Origin: the human T2T-CHM13v2.0 reference genome, Homo sapiens
Assembly: GCF_009914755.1 (NCBI RefSeq)
Contig: NC_060928.1
DNA: 64,000 nt
Direction: 5' to 3' (one strand)
The notes below the pieces were generated by a model. The model worked only from the letters and a program-made list of their open reading frames with translations, was not told where the DNA came from and ran no database searches. This document shows positions 30,447 to 53,279 of this stretch, in pieces (position 1 is the first letter of the stretch; the number at the start of each line of letters is the position of its first letter). Position numbers and translations under genes: made by a program.

Positions 30447-31309
30447 GCAATGATGTGAACTTGAACAATTTTCTTAACTTCTCTAAGCCTCTATCTTCAT
30501 CTTTAATAAAATAATTTTACCTCCAAGATTGCATTAAATGGAATCCCACATGTAAAATAGCTGACAAATATTAGCTGCCCAACAGCTGTGAGTTCCTACT
30601 GCCGCCCCACTTTACCCCGAGGGAGAAGCGCAAAATGTCGAGAAAAAGGCTGTTGATCCCTACACCTTAGCATCCTGTGTTCACACAAGGCGCAGTGGTA
30701 TCCTGACTTACCGGGGTCACCCAAATACAAGATATGTTTTGATTTTTCAACTTAGGTACACATGGCTTCTAATGCTCACAATATATGATCCATAATTAAG
30801 AGGAGATTCTCCTACACTACCCCACAGTTCTATTTTAGCAGACTTACATGTGCCATAATATCTAACTCTCTTAAGCCCTCTTCAGCATCAAAAACAAAAC
30901 TTTAATCCGTAACGCAGTTATCAGCAGTAAAAGTGGAAAAGGTACCTATGAGTCAAAATGAACCTCTGCCCTGCCCCACCCCATCCTACAAAAAGCTGTT
31001 CAGGAGTATTAGGGCTGGTTATGAGAATGCTGTTTGTGTTCCCAGGGACGGACAAATGCCTACCGTGGTTAGAAGACGCACTGCTCAGCCTCCAGGGTAG
31101 AAAGTTCCCCACACCCTCTACCCAAGGAGGAGAGAAGCAAATGGGGAGGCCAGGTTCCAGGACGTGGACTATTTAGAGTGTAGTTTCTGCAGTCCAGGAC
31201 ACTGCCATGGGTGAAGCTCTTCCTCCTTTTCCACCCAAGTGGCCAAGGTCCTATGGCTGCTGTAGGGCCTCTTCCCTAGAATGAGTCAGCCCAGCCATTC
31301 CCCTTCCCC

Positions 31310-31580
31310 TTCTTTCTTTTTATTTTTTGATACGGAGTCTCCCTGTGTCGCCCAAGCTGGAGTGCAGCAGCGCACTATTAGCTCACTGCAACCTCCGCCT
31401 CCTGGTTCAAGCGATTCTCCCGCCTCAGCCTCCCAAGTACCTGGGATTACAGGCCCCCGCCACCATGCCCAGCTAATTTTTGCATTTTTAGTAGAGAAGG
31501 GGTTTCAACTTGTTGGCCAGGCTGGTCTCAAACTCCCGACCTCAGGTGATCCACCTGCCTCGGCCTCCCAAAGTGCTGAG
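31310..31580 (-). mobile_element. Alu SINE
   Basis: Reverse Alu body. Confidence 0.92.
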
Positions 31581-32112
31581 TCAGCTCAGGCATCCTGACC
31601 TTTTGTCCTGGCAAAATGACTCCCTTCCACGTCTACCTTCCAAGTAGCTAAATCAGAGATGTGGCCTTGGGGCAGGCTTGAAGAATCCCTGTTTTTGGTC
31701 CTCAAGAGGTCCTACCAGGGTTTGGGACAATTCCAAGACTTGTGTTCTTAAAGGGGAAAGAAACCTCACATACACAGCTCTAGCAGAGCTCAGGTGAGCC
31801 CATATCAGACGCAAGGCTTGGGAGGCAGCCCTAAGGTTTGGGTGTGCCATCTATGATAACAGCTAAGAGCTCCGAAGCCAGCTGTCCGGGTTCAAACCTC
31901 AATTCCAACAGCACTGGCTGTGTGATGTTGGACAACGTCCCCAGCCTCTCTGTGGTTCAGTTTCTTCGCTGTAAAAGGATCACAATAATAGAGCTGCTCT
32001 AAAAATTAAGTGAATTAGTGCATATAAGGCATTCAGAACAATGCCCGGCACATGGAAGAGTTCAACGGACACGTATTGAACACAGTAACTTAGCAATTAG
32101 TAAATACACTCA

Positions 32113-32289
<177 letters not shown>

Positions 32290-32956
32290 TTATAATATAC
32301 AAAATAGCTGGAATACAGACTTAACTATGCAGAATGGTTACTTCTAGAGAAGGGGGGATAAAAATTTCAGCTTTTTACCCCACACATATATTCTTGTATC
32401 ATCTGAAATATTTAAGCCAATGTGTATGTATAAAGTTGCCCCAAACACATAGCAGAACAATGTAATTTTGGCTCAAAAATCTTCAAATCATGATGGAATT
32501 GTTCTGTGAAAGTCAAGTCATAGAGATGAAAAGCCTCCCTCCGGCCTAAATGCTCTTTCGTATGATCTATACTATACAAACCAATGCAGATACCCCAATC
32601 ATGATAAGAATTTTCAGTCCCTTTACAAACTAGATGGTAGTTAGAGTTACTAGGCAAGAACATGGACCCAGTTCTGCTTCAAAGCCCAGTGTTCCTCACG
32701 TAATAGCAACGCATTCTTCAACCGGTGCCTTTGGCTAAATGTAAACTGCCCCAACCCCACTCCAGCACAGCCACCTGAGCTCTCTATTTTACACAACTCA
32801 ATGAGGCCTGGGAGAAAGCAGGTGCAAATTTCACTTACTCAACAACAACAAATCCCACCTGATTCCTCCGCTGAGCTAGTTCTCAAGTCATCTTTTTCTA
32901 AGCTCTTTCATTCAGCTCTACCACACGTACCCAGGCTGGGTAAAATACTTTACTAG

Positions 32957-33259
<303 letters not shown>

Positions 33260-34719
33260 TACTTTACCAGTTTTATTCCTGAATTAAACCTGTTATTACT
33301 ATCAATAATGTCAATCAGTGCCATTTCATTCACCATATGCCACACACATACAAAGCACTTCATACTCGTCCCACCTGTCTGCCCTCCTGCAATGGCCGCA
33401 GTGTTCCCCATCTTACATGAGGGGCACAGAGAAAGACAATGACTTCTCCAAGGTTCTGTAATTCACAGTCAGTGGCAGAGCCAGCATGCCCAGCCAGGTG
33501 TGGCCAAGGCCTGTGTTTCAGCCACAGCACCTGGTTGCTGCCCCTAAGGCTCAATGGGCAAGTAACAGATCACTCCGATCGCAGAGGCTTCGGAAATGCC
33601 TTCCACCGTGGTACCAAGGATGGTTTGCTCTCAGGAGAGGAGGCAGGGGTGGGAATCAGCACACAGTTCTGCTACATTTCTCATGCAGGGCACAGACTAA
33701 GTATTTTGTGCCTTGCTTTGCAGATGAAATGTCTCCTGCCCCCTGTACAACAGCTTTCTTTGTCCTCTCCACATAAAAGTACAACTGAGTTCCTCAGGAG
33801 CAGGCAGTGATCACTGCCCTGTGCCACAGCTGACTGATGTCCAAACAGGTGGACACACAGGCTCTTCTTTTATGGCCCAGGCTGCCCCCATCTGCCAAGC
33901 ATCAAAAACTACACACAGAATTTGCAGAACATTAATGACATGGAGGTGACTGCTTTTCCTCTGTTGAAAATTTACTGCACTGTCCTAAAAAACAAAGAGA
34001 ATTCAGGAAAAGCTGAACATTTGGGGCTGGCTGGCTGTAATCTTCAGCTGCTGAAAAAGCCTCAGCTGCTCGGTTCCACTGTGGAAATCCAACTCCTCCC
34101 TCAAAGTCCAACTCAAATACACCTCCTCTGTGATGCCTGCCCCCCTTCCTCCCTTCCAGAAGCATGTGCTCCCTCTGCACTCCCACGGTATTCTATCTGC
34201 ACCTCTGGAGCCACACTGTCCCAGCCTACAGTCAGCTCAGTGCACAGCTGCCTCTTCCTGTGTGTACCTGCAGGCCCCACCTGGGCTGGAATGCTGCCTT
34301 CTTCACCACACAGAGGCGGCACTCAGGAACTACTGAATGAGGGAGGGAGTGGATGAGGAAGATCAGCCAAGGGCTACAGGGAGTGGCCTGCAACTCACAG
34401 CAGGAACAGCCCCTGCCCTGCCAATCCGGAGGTGCCGGCTCTGTTCTCAGCAGGACCGTTATAATAGCTTCAGGCCACAACAGTCAACTTGGTGTCAGGA
34501 CCTAGACACACCAAAAATCCTAACAAATAAAGAGGCCATGTATGCAGCATGCTGGTTAAAAGCACAGGCTTTGGAGTCAGAGCTTGAATTCTTATTATGT
34601 GACCTTGAGCAAGTTACTCAATGCATCAATCTCATTTTGTCACCGGCAAAATGAGGACATTATCTGCCACACAGTGTTGCTGAAAAAGTAAGAGAGGTGA
34701 CACACAAAGTGCTTGGCAC

Positions 34720-35300
34720 TTACTTACTCTTATGGTTTATTACAAAGAATAGAACACGGGAACAGCCAAATGCAAGAGACGCACAGGGCACACCACGGGG
34801 CAGGGAGGTCGGGGCTCCCATGCCCCTGGGAGTGCCACCTCCCCAGCACCAAATGAGTTCGCCAAACCAGAAGCTCTCCAAACCCAATATTTAGAGGGTT
34901 TTATGGAGTTTTCATAACATAGACATGATTAAGTCATTGGCCACCGGTGGCTAGCTCAATCTCCAGCCCATCTCGTCTCCCCTCCCCGGAGGTAGGGGTA
35001 GGGCTGGTATGTCCAACTCTTTAATCATACCTCGGTCTTTCTGGCAACCAGCCCTAATCCTGAACCTGTCTAGGGGCCCAAAGCCACCTGTCATCTCATT
35101 ATCATACAAAAGACACTCCTATCACTCCAGAGATTCCAAAAGTCTTAGAAGCTCTTGTGTCAGGAATTGAAACCTAAGACCAAATATTATAACCAATGAT
35201 GTTCCTATCAGGAAATTACAAGGGTTTTAGAAGCTCTGGGCCAAAAACCAGGATGAATACTAAATATATACACTATTGTACTATGTATCCCACTATCACA
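34720..35300. mobile_element. MER21-like LTR
   Basis: gaagctctccaaaccc...gttttatggag...aagtcattggcca...caatctccagccc matches MER21 from memory. Confidence 0.7.
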
Positions 35301-35304
35301 ATAA

Positions 35305-35593
<289 letters not shown>

Positions 35594-35932
35594 TCACTAT
35601 CACAATAATTATACTGAGAGGATAGGGGAGAAAAACGTGGGCAACAGGAGGAGCGGGGAGGGTAAGCCACCTGAGTCCTTGTCTTCCACAGGACATCTCC
35701 CTGTCTTTCACACAATCTAGAAGAATGAGCTAAAACATAAACGCAGTAACCTCCAAGGAACAGGGATCAGGGTGGAAAAGGGTAAGGTAGGGAATTGCTG
35801 GGTTTTGTTCTAAGCCTTGTTAATTTCTGACTTTTAGAACTGTATGCCTGTACACCTTTGCTAAAAATGAGTATTTAATTTTTAAACAAAATCTGATACT
35901 TGACCAACAAGAATAGTATATTAAGTGATATG

Positions 35933-36227
35933 GTTTTTTGTTTTTGTTTTTCAGAGAGAGGGTCTTGCTCTGTTGCTCAGGCTGGAGTGCTGTGGTGCAA
36001 TTGTAGCTTACTGCAGCCTCAAATTATTGGGATCAGGTGATCAACCTCCTGAGTAGCTAGAATCACAGGTGTGCACCACCACGCCCAGCATTTTTTTTTT
36101 TTTTTGGTAGAGGTGGAGGTCTCGCTATGTTGCCTAGGATGGTCTTGAACTGCTGACCTCAGTGGATCCTACTGCCTCAGCCTCCCTAAGTGCTGGGATT
36201 ACGGGTGTGAGCCACCACACCAGGACC
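35933..36227 (-). mobile_element. Alu SINE (AluJ-like)
   Basis: Diverged reverse Alu. Confidence 0.9.
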
Positions 36228-36389
36228 AAGTGGTGTGTTCTAAAATTTTCTGGAATGCAACCACTTTGAAAATGTATGGAGAGCTATAAATCATCTCCCC
36301 ATAAACACACATGGATGCATATACACAAAATTTTTGCACAGGATTTTGAGGAGTTCATAAATTTCTGAAAGCCAGGTTAAAAACCTTAG

Positions 36390-36700
<311 letters not shown>

Positions 36701-37290
36701 CTAGATTCTGGTTTCTTAAAGGAAATGTATTTCAAGTCAGAGCTTGTCATTTATTGCACAGGAAAAAAAACTTCATAAAAAAAAATCAAAAACACCCACA
36801 TGATAAAACGAGGTCCTGCTTGGTTTTAAACTACTTGGTGACCACCATCAGTTGTTTTCTTGACCACAGGATGCACCTAATTCCTAACTATTAATAAAGG
36901 TACAAACATTGTTTATTGGGCTTTTTGCTTCAGCCTTGAAACAATCAGATTCTCTAAAACTCAGGAATGTGAATCGCTGTTGGGTTGATTCAGCTGTTTC
37001 CATTCTAGAAATGGACCTGGAATCATGTACTTTTCACCCCATGAAGAGTTCTTTGTGTAAAACTTGAAAAGGCAAGGTCCCAAATTCCCCATATGGGTGT
37101 TTCTTCCAATAGAGGAATTACTCTAATGACTTCTTAGCAAAACTTATGTAATCAGGGCAGGCCATCAAAATACTCCAAAACACAAAGTTTAGCTCCATTT
37201 CTGAAGGACCTGTCTCCACTGCTATAAACCTCACCAACAGCCTCACATCAAGTCAGAGGAACAGATTTTCCATTTAAGAAGGATCTTCAT

Positions 37291-38522
<1,232 letters not shown>

Positions 38523-40849
38523 GATTTACGTGGAAATCCCTAGCGGAGTGTCTGGCACGGTGTTGACATCTGACAAGCGTTTCCTGATTTCCTTACATCC
38601 AAAGGCAGGGCTGGCCACACTCCATCCAAAACAACAGATGATAGACTTGTTCTGACAGAACAGATACAGTGAATTATAAATGGCCCAGAACACCTACAAA
38701 TTTTAGGTTTCAGGTAAGTGATTGCCTTTCCTTTCACTTAGAAACCTCCCAATGCTTGTCTTACTGATAAGCTCTAAGTACCACACAGAAGACTAAACAC
38801 CAGACTAACCCGGCTCCAGATGCCCCGAGGGAGCCCAACCCAGCACTCACTCTGCTGCACTGAAATGATGTCCAGGTCGGTTTTTCCCACTGGACCACGA
38901 ACTCCAGCTCTCCACGTGTGAGTCACGAGTCCCACTTCTGCATCTCTGCTTCTAGAACGGTGCCCCTGCACTTCACAGGAAATCTGTATCCGTGTTTGTC
39001 AACACTATATATGACAGTATAACTTAGTATGTGCACAGAAAACATAAATTCTTCGAGGACCAGGGCCGGGTTTATTAGCCTTTGTACTCCCACTACCACT
39101 GTCTGGGATATCAGGGGCACTCAGGAGAAGTTGGTGACGAGAAAGAAAAGGCAGAGGAGAGAGAGGAAAGCAGGCCCGACACCGCACACACAGCTTCTGA
39201 GGTGGCTGGAGGAGAGGCAGGTGCAGAGAAACTTCCTGGGTGCTGGACTGGGGTTCACTGTGATGCTGCTGCTGGATTTCAAATGTCAAAATGTGATGCT
39301 TTGCTGACCTTGACCTCTGACTGCCCTTTAGTTTTCCCAACCTCAAGACAGGGCACTTAGAAACTGCAATGTCAAGAAATTACGCTTCGCTAAAGCATGG
39401 GAATGCTATTTACGTGGACATTCATTACTTCATTTTTTACACGGGAATGTAAATAATTGAAGAGATTGTTAAAGACTAAATCATGCACATTCAATACCTT
39501 TGCAAAATATTAATGATAACTGAAACACAAATTTGATGTTCCCCAAAAATGCTAAAATATAAAACAATACTGGCCAATTAAAGATAGAAAAAACCCTAAT
39601 CAAGCTCCCCAACAGACACATTAAGACTTCTCTGTACATTAAACATTTGGGATTTCAAAGGAAAACTCAGATTCATTCCATTCTTAATGGGTTTTTTTTT
39701 AAATCTTAGGTAATACAATATTTTATTTAAAATTTACAAAATTCCATTACATTCATGATTTCATTTGATCCTCAAAACAATCTCCTGAGTTAGGCAGAAC
39801 AGGTGTTACTAGCAATTAACTCCATTTTACAGGTAAGGGAACTGAAGTTCAGAAAAGTACTTGGACTTAACAAAAGCTTTAGTAGGGCCACATATCGAAT
39901 TCCAGTCCTCTGCTAAAAAGAACTAAAGTTATCTTTCACATTTTATTCATACTTATATCCTGTCAATATCCAAAACTGTTTTGAGGTAGCCTGAAATAAT
40001 AGACACCTATACAATAAAAACATTAAAATGAAAAACAGAAAATAAAACAGCAGGTGACATGGGAGAGAGAGGAAGGTAGACAGCAAAGACTTGAGACTTA
40101 TAATCTAAGAAAACTTCATCTCTGACCTTCCAGTTCCAGGCAGATAATACTAAAGGGAACAAGATGGCTTACAGACTCATAAGCTGACAAAAGAGAAGTC
40201 GCATCAGTCCTTACTATGAAACACTCCTAGCAGCCACAGCAAATCTCTAGGATACCATACCAATGGCATCAAAGCAAGGGTATACTTCAGTGATAGAGCG
40301 AATTAAGTTCCCTGTTTGGGACCCCGGCCAGGGCTAGAGAAAAGAACTCTGAAATGCAGAGCTCAAAAATATATCCTCTGTGTTCTCCATACCCATGCAT
40401 CCCCTCCCTTTCATTTAATCCACATAAAAATCAAGCCTGCTGTAAATGAAAAACACCTCGACACAGAAGCAGAATTAACTAGTTAAGTTTTATTAAAACA
40501 TTAATAAAATCTAGAAAACCATAAAGAAAATCTGGTCGCGTTTTGAAGCCCTCTCCTAAGATCACATTCCCCAAAAGAACAAAGTACATGGAGCATATAA
40601 CAAAGAACTTTTCCTAAATTAAGAATGCAAATCAAAATACAGGCAAAATCCTACTGAGTGAAGCAAAAATTGTAATTCAGTAGCTCACGACTTGACCAAA
40701 TGGCTATTTTTAATCCCTATAATCATCCAAATAACTAGGAATAGCAGAGAAAATTGTGTCTCCTTTCTACAGAGACACGTGGCTTTAACAAACTCAGGCA
40801 CATCCAATTCCCACCTTACCAAACAGATAAATTGGAAAGGAGCTTAATA

Positions 40850-42332
<1,483 letters not shown>

Positions 42333-44200
42333 ACCTGCTAAGTTTTAATCAAGTACTCTGCACTATGCAACAAACATTAGGAAGTAATAGAAAAAGATTA
42401 ATCTAAAAACCCTCTGGAGAGTCAAAGAATTGCAGATTTAAAATAGCATGAATACTTGGATTCATGGTATTGAAAAAGGAGCTCGCATTTACCCGCATGC
42501 ACAAACTGCGCCTGCCCACCTCTATCAGAGCATTTTTCAAGCTGTGCTACAGTTAACCATGTATTACCCAAAGCCAATCTGTCCTGGCAGATCATAAGCT
42601 CTTAAAGACCAGGACTTCAGGAGAACAAGCAAAGCTTCAGAGAGAAGGGAGCCACCTAAACAGAGTCCATAGCAATGGGTCGGCATGAGCTGATGACTGG
42701 AGGTGCGGCGTAGAGTGGGGGTCTGGGGCAGCGGAGGGCAGAGAAAGCAAAAGGGCCCGCATGACACGCTAGAGGGCTAGGAGCCACGGCTGCGGTAATT
42801 AGCTCAGTTTTGTCTTGTATGCCTGTTACTTAAACACCATCTCTTGTTCAGAAAGAACTTCAGGTTGGGTATTTGGACTCCTTGAGCCTTCTGCTGTTTG
42901 TCTCCGGGATCTTTAACTCTCCTAAAAGGGGAAAACTGTCCAGTTCGATTTTGCTTCCTGGGACATAACAGGTTTTTCAAAAGTTTGATGAAAGCATTCA
43001 CTAAGGAGTGATTCCACTTTCTTTGGTGGCTGAGAAATACAGCGTCTGAGGGGCAGCATCAGGTCTTCCCATCAAGCTGAGGTCGGAGTCTCCCCACCCA
43101 CGGACCTCACCCTCGCTCTCCCCTCATAAATCTGACCTCTAACTGTAACTGCCTTGGCCTCATTCCGTGGGTGTGGATGCTCCTGCTTGAAACGCATTTT
43201 CCAGCCCGCCAAATTCTTGGGAGAGTTTCTTCCACTCTCCAGGCGCTGAGAGCTACAAAGTTCAATCTGGCTTTCCAGATTTTTTTTTTCTTCCCATTAC
43301 TAACGGAAGAAATCAAGAAGCTCCGGGCAGTAGGGCCCTGCTCCCTCCAATCAGAGCCCAGCCCGGGGCCAGAGCAGGAAGCGCGGCGGTGGGACGCGCG
43401 GTGACAGCCCCGCGCCCCCCGGGACCCGCCGGCCAGGGGAGAGGACGGTGCGGCCGCTGCGCGACAGCTACGGGCCCGCGCCTCTCGCTTCCACCCGCCG
43501 GGCAGGTGAGAGGATAAATCACGGGGCGGGGCAGTGCGCCCCCACCAACCGCGCCCCCAGCGCACGGACCCCCATTACACTCGCGTCCCAGGCGGGGTCG
43601 ACCCAGACGAGCCACGGGGCGGCGCAGAGCCCCACTCGCAGGGCGGCCGGGACCCACGCGCGTGGGTCCACGCAGCAACCTATAGGTGACAAAACACTCA
43701 GGAAGCCGTCATGCGGGGCCGAGAAAGAGCCCTCATCCAGAGTCACGGACCCCCTCGTCCGAGGGTCCGCGCAGTCCCCTCGGTAAGTCGGACGAAGCAG
43801 TCTCGCTACGGGGGAGGGCGGCGGAGCCTCCCACTCTTGGTGACCCGGACCCCGCCCCACGAGTGGGTCTTCGCAGGGCCCCCTCTGACGCACACGGGGA
43901 CCAGCCACGCCGCGGGGGCACCGGGCAGGAGCCAGCGCCCGGGTCCACGCAGTCCCCTCCGGGCAGACGCGGGGAGCTGGGGAGCAGTGGGGACCGGCCC
44001 CCACCCGCAGGACGACCGGGACCCCCGCGCGGGCCCACGCGGCGTCGCAGCAGGCGCGGAGCCCCCGGTACCACCCGAGGCCGAGACAAAGCCCAGGCGC
44101 ACGGACCCCGGACCCTGCGGAGCCCCGCTCGGAGCCTCCACGCCCGGGGCAGAGACCCCCGCCCGGTCCGGAGACCCTGCCGCCAGTCGCGCCGTCTCAC

Positions 44201-44430
44201 CTCAGGCCGCCACCTCGCAGCGCTCGCTCCTCGCCGCGGCGCCTGGGCCGACTGGAGCGCAGCTGAACAGCCGACAGAGCCGCAGCCGCCTTAACAATGG
44301 AGCCCCGGGGCGGGGCCGCCGCCGCCGCCTCAGCCCGTGTACCCCGCTCGAGATCCGGCTCGGCTCGCGGAGCTGCAGCCGGCGTGGGGCTGCGGCCGGG
44401 ACAGACACCACGCAGGCGCACACGGCCCCG
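44201..44430 (-). other. Non-coding first exon of a minus-strand gene (5' end approximate; tentatively TEX2-like, unverified)
   Basis: Consensus donor GAG|GTGAGA at 44201/44200; no minus-strand ATG in 44201-44430; promoter motifs lie just to the right; no coding exon found in the 44 kb downstream. Confidence 0.7.
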
Positions 44431-44560
44431 CCCGCCGCCCGCCGTCCCGCCCCCAGCGGAGCCGGGCGCCCAGGGCCCGCCCCCCGGCCAATGGGAAGCG
44501 AGCTGCGCGGAGTGGGCGGGGCCTGAGGGAACAAAGGGAGGTTGGGCGGGGCGGTGCTGG
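44411..44560. promoter_or_regulatory. Proximal promoter motifs: CCAAT box, GC boxes, NRF1-like site
   Basis: ggCCAATggg (CCAAT 44488-44492), GGGCGGGG at ~44514 and ~44544, CCCCGCCC at ~44426, cgcaggcgca at 44411-44420. Confidence 0.7.
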
Positions 44561-44865
44561 GACTGGGCTTGCGGGGTCCCGCGGGAGGACCCGCCTCAAA
44601 GAGCCAGCCCGATCATCGCCTCCTAGAATACCCAGCTCAACGTCTACCTGGAGTCGGCTCTACAGGACGCGCTCATCTCAAACCCAGAGCTCAGGCTTTT
44701 AGGGCAGAGAGCGAGAGACAGGCTTGCTTTACAGAAAGGGAAACTGAGGTCCAAGGAATAGGATTGCCTGCCGCTCGAAGAAACGTAATCCCATTCACTC
44801 GTTCATCTTGTAGTCATTCAGCAAACATTTGGAAGCACGTATGGTGGGCGTTAGGAGTGAAGTAG

Positions 44866-45292
<427 letters not shown>

Positions 45293-45361
45293 TCACTTCG
45301 CTTTCCTGCCTCAGAGCTTTCACGTGTTTGCTGTTCCCCACCTGAAATGCCAAGTACCAAT

Positions 45362-46362
<1,001 letters not shown>

Positions 46363-46837
46363 AGAAGTGTGACCTCTCTAAGGCAAGGCAGTGTCCCACT
46401 CTGATTCACTTCCATGTGCAAAACAGGACCTGCGCCCTGAAGGCACTCACTCAGGGATGCTGCTGGGATGGGTGGATGCACAGGTGAGGTCTTGATGATG
46501 GCTGGGGCTGACCCTATCCCCATCTCCCTTCCCACACACACCTGCACACTCACTCACTTGCACACTCGCACCCACCACTGAAAGCCTGGCCCCTAATCTG
46601 ATTTGCCTAACAAGGTCCCCCGATGAACATCACATGCTTCCCTACCTCTCCCCAGCTAGGGCCCCACTGTGTTCTGGGATGTACTCAGGGATCAGGAGAA
46701 CAAAACCTCAGGGAGTGAAAGGACATTCCAGGGTGCAGGCCTCTGCATCCCCCTCCATGCCGTCACCGCTGCCTAACACACCCTCACCCCTGTACCTGGC
46801 CAGCTCCTACCAACCCTTAAAGTCTCACCAAGTTCAG

Positions 46838-47353
46838 TGGTGGCAGCCACACCCTAAAGTGACTAACCCCCCCAGTGACCGATGACCTATGCCCTTGCAT
46901 AATCTTCCTGACCTTGGGTATGAGCAGAACCTGTGACTGGCTTCTAACCCACAGAGCCTCTGGCAAAAGCAATGGATGTCACTGTCACAGTGCATCACCT
47001 TTGCACACTAGAGAGAGAGGTTCCACCTGCAGGCCCTGCAGGAGGGAGATGCCATGCTGAGAAAGGACCTTTGGAGGGGCCCCGTAAGCAAGGAAGCAAA
47101 AAGCTGGGCCCTTGCCAAGCGGGTCCAAGGAAATGAATTCTGCCAATAACCTCAGTGGACCTGGAAATGGATTCTGCCCTGGTTGAGCCTCAGATGAGGA
47201 TGTAGCCCAGCTCCTTAGCGTGAGACCCCAAGCAGAGGACCTGCTAAAATGTGCTCAACTCCTCGCTTGCCAAAACTGGGTTAAATGTGTGTGTTGTTTT
47301 AAGCTTCTAAGTTTTTAGTTATTGCCTATGAAAGTGTTAAAATATAAGACAAT
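46838..47353. mobile_element. MLT1-family solo LTR
   Basis: ctgtgactggcttctaacc, aaggaaatgaattctgccaataacc, tgttgttttaagc are MLT1 hallmarks. Confidence 0.75.
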
Positions 47354-47435
47354 AACGTAGGTCCCCTCCCCATCACACACTTTCTTCTTTCTGGCATTCA
47401 TCACAACTATACTTATTGATTTAAAATCTGCCTCT

Positions 47436-47729
<294 letters not shown>

Positions 47730-47965
47730 TCATAACAGTGCCCCAAATGCCCAGCACAGTGAAGTTCTAGGGCAGTTGGTCGATGGTGGATGCTGCTGGT
47801 TGGAGGGCCCAACTGGCCCTGCCAGCTGCCTTCTCCCTGGTCACGTTCCATTATAGAGAACAGAATAGTTTCTTGCCTTTCCAGAGTTCCTCTTAGTGGG
47901 GATTGGCCAAGCAACATTGTCCTGCCCAGGGAGATATAAGTGGAAGTTGGCTGACAGGTTTCTAG

Positions 47966-49150
<1,185 letters not shown>

Positions 49151-49662
49151 GATTTTGAGGGAAGTTTTTGCTCTCTTGGAAAAGGAAAAGACACAGCAGA
49201 CGCTGTCTTTTTCTCAGCAGCAGGGATTATGATCATGAACATGGGTGTGATATCTGCAGCTATAGTGGCCATTGTGCAGCCATCTCCTACACTACAGGCA
49301 AGAGAATCAGAGAGATACTGAACCTTGCACTATTGACCCAGTGAAACAACACCAGCAATCACCTACCCCCAGATTCTCTGTTAGGTAGAAAAAACAAATC
49401 CCTTTTTATCGAAGCCTCTGGTCATAAATTCTACACTTACAGGATTCTGTAACTGAAGCATGTAGAATTAATATTTGTTGAATTAGTAAATGAATAAACT
49501 CGGCCTGATTCTTGAACACATACTTGGAAACTTCTCACAACATTCCTGCTGAGACATCCAGGCCTATGTCTACTAGCAAGAAGCTAACCACCCAATGAAC
49601 CAGTCCAGGCACAGTATGACAGCTCTGATTAGCAGGAAATTTTTCCGCTTATGAAACTGACA

Positions 49663-49984
49663 TTTTCTTTTTCTGTCTTTTTTTTTTTTTTTTTGAGACA
49701 AGGTCTCACTGTGTTGCTCAGGCTGGAGTGCAGTGGTATGAATATGGATCGCTGCAGCCTTGATCTCCCAGGCTCAAGCAATATTCCTACCTTAGCCTCC
49801 TGAGTAGCTGGGACTACAGGTGCCTGCCACCAAGCCCGGTTAATTTTTTTTTGTTTTTATTTTTTTGTAGAGATAGGGTCTTGCCATGTTGCCCAGGCTG
49901 GCCTCAAACTCCTGAGCTCAAGCAATCCTCCTGCCTCAGCCTCCCAAAGTGTTGGGATTATAGGTGTGAGCTACCATGCCCAGC
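49663..49984 (-). mobile_element. Alu SINE (AluJ-like)
   Basis: Reverse Alu body with T tail. Confidence 0.9.
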
Positions 49985-50465
49985 TGAAACTGAAATTTTC
50001 TGATCTCTTGGGACCTCAGAAAATAAGTCAAACCCTTCTTTTCCACCGTAGCCCTTCTGATGTAAAGAGAGTTTTTGTTCTCTGGAAAAACAAATCAGGG
50101 TTTATTGATCCAAGAGTTGGACCAACCCAGTTCATGGAAACTCCTGACCTAGTTTGATACTATGAAGGACTAGTTGCTGGAATGAGTGACCAACTGGAGA
50201 CTTCTTCCCAGGCTTTTCCATTAACACATCTGTTGAGGAAAAAAAATAATCACAAACTATTTATATGCCAAAGAAAGCTTCATTTCCATGACACCTTTGT
50301 TGCAGTCCTTTTTGAGGGAGCAAAGCTCGCCTTTGGCACCTGGGCACCTGGTGGAGATTCTGGGCCCAGTTTAGGATGTGCTGTCAGTTTGCCAGTGCAA
50401 TCAGAGCTCGCAAGGCTGCTGCATGCATTATCGATAACTAATCAATAACCACAGTTATCAATAAT

Positions 50466-53279
<2,814 letters not shown>

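Larger units (their letters stand above)
43320..44620. promoter_or_regulatory. CpG island / promoter
   Basis: Very high GC and undepleted CpG over ~1.3 kb, unlike the rest of the window. Confidence 0.95.

Noticed and set aside
43107-44865. Stack of 100-270-aa Arg/Pro/Gly/Ala-rich ORFs on both strands
   Set aside because: Expected from stop-codon scarcity in a CpG island; mostly non-ATG starts and no domain recognised.
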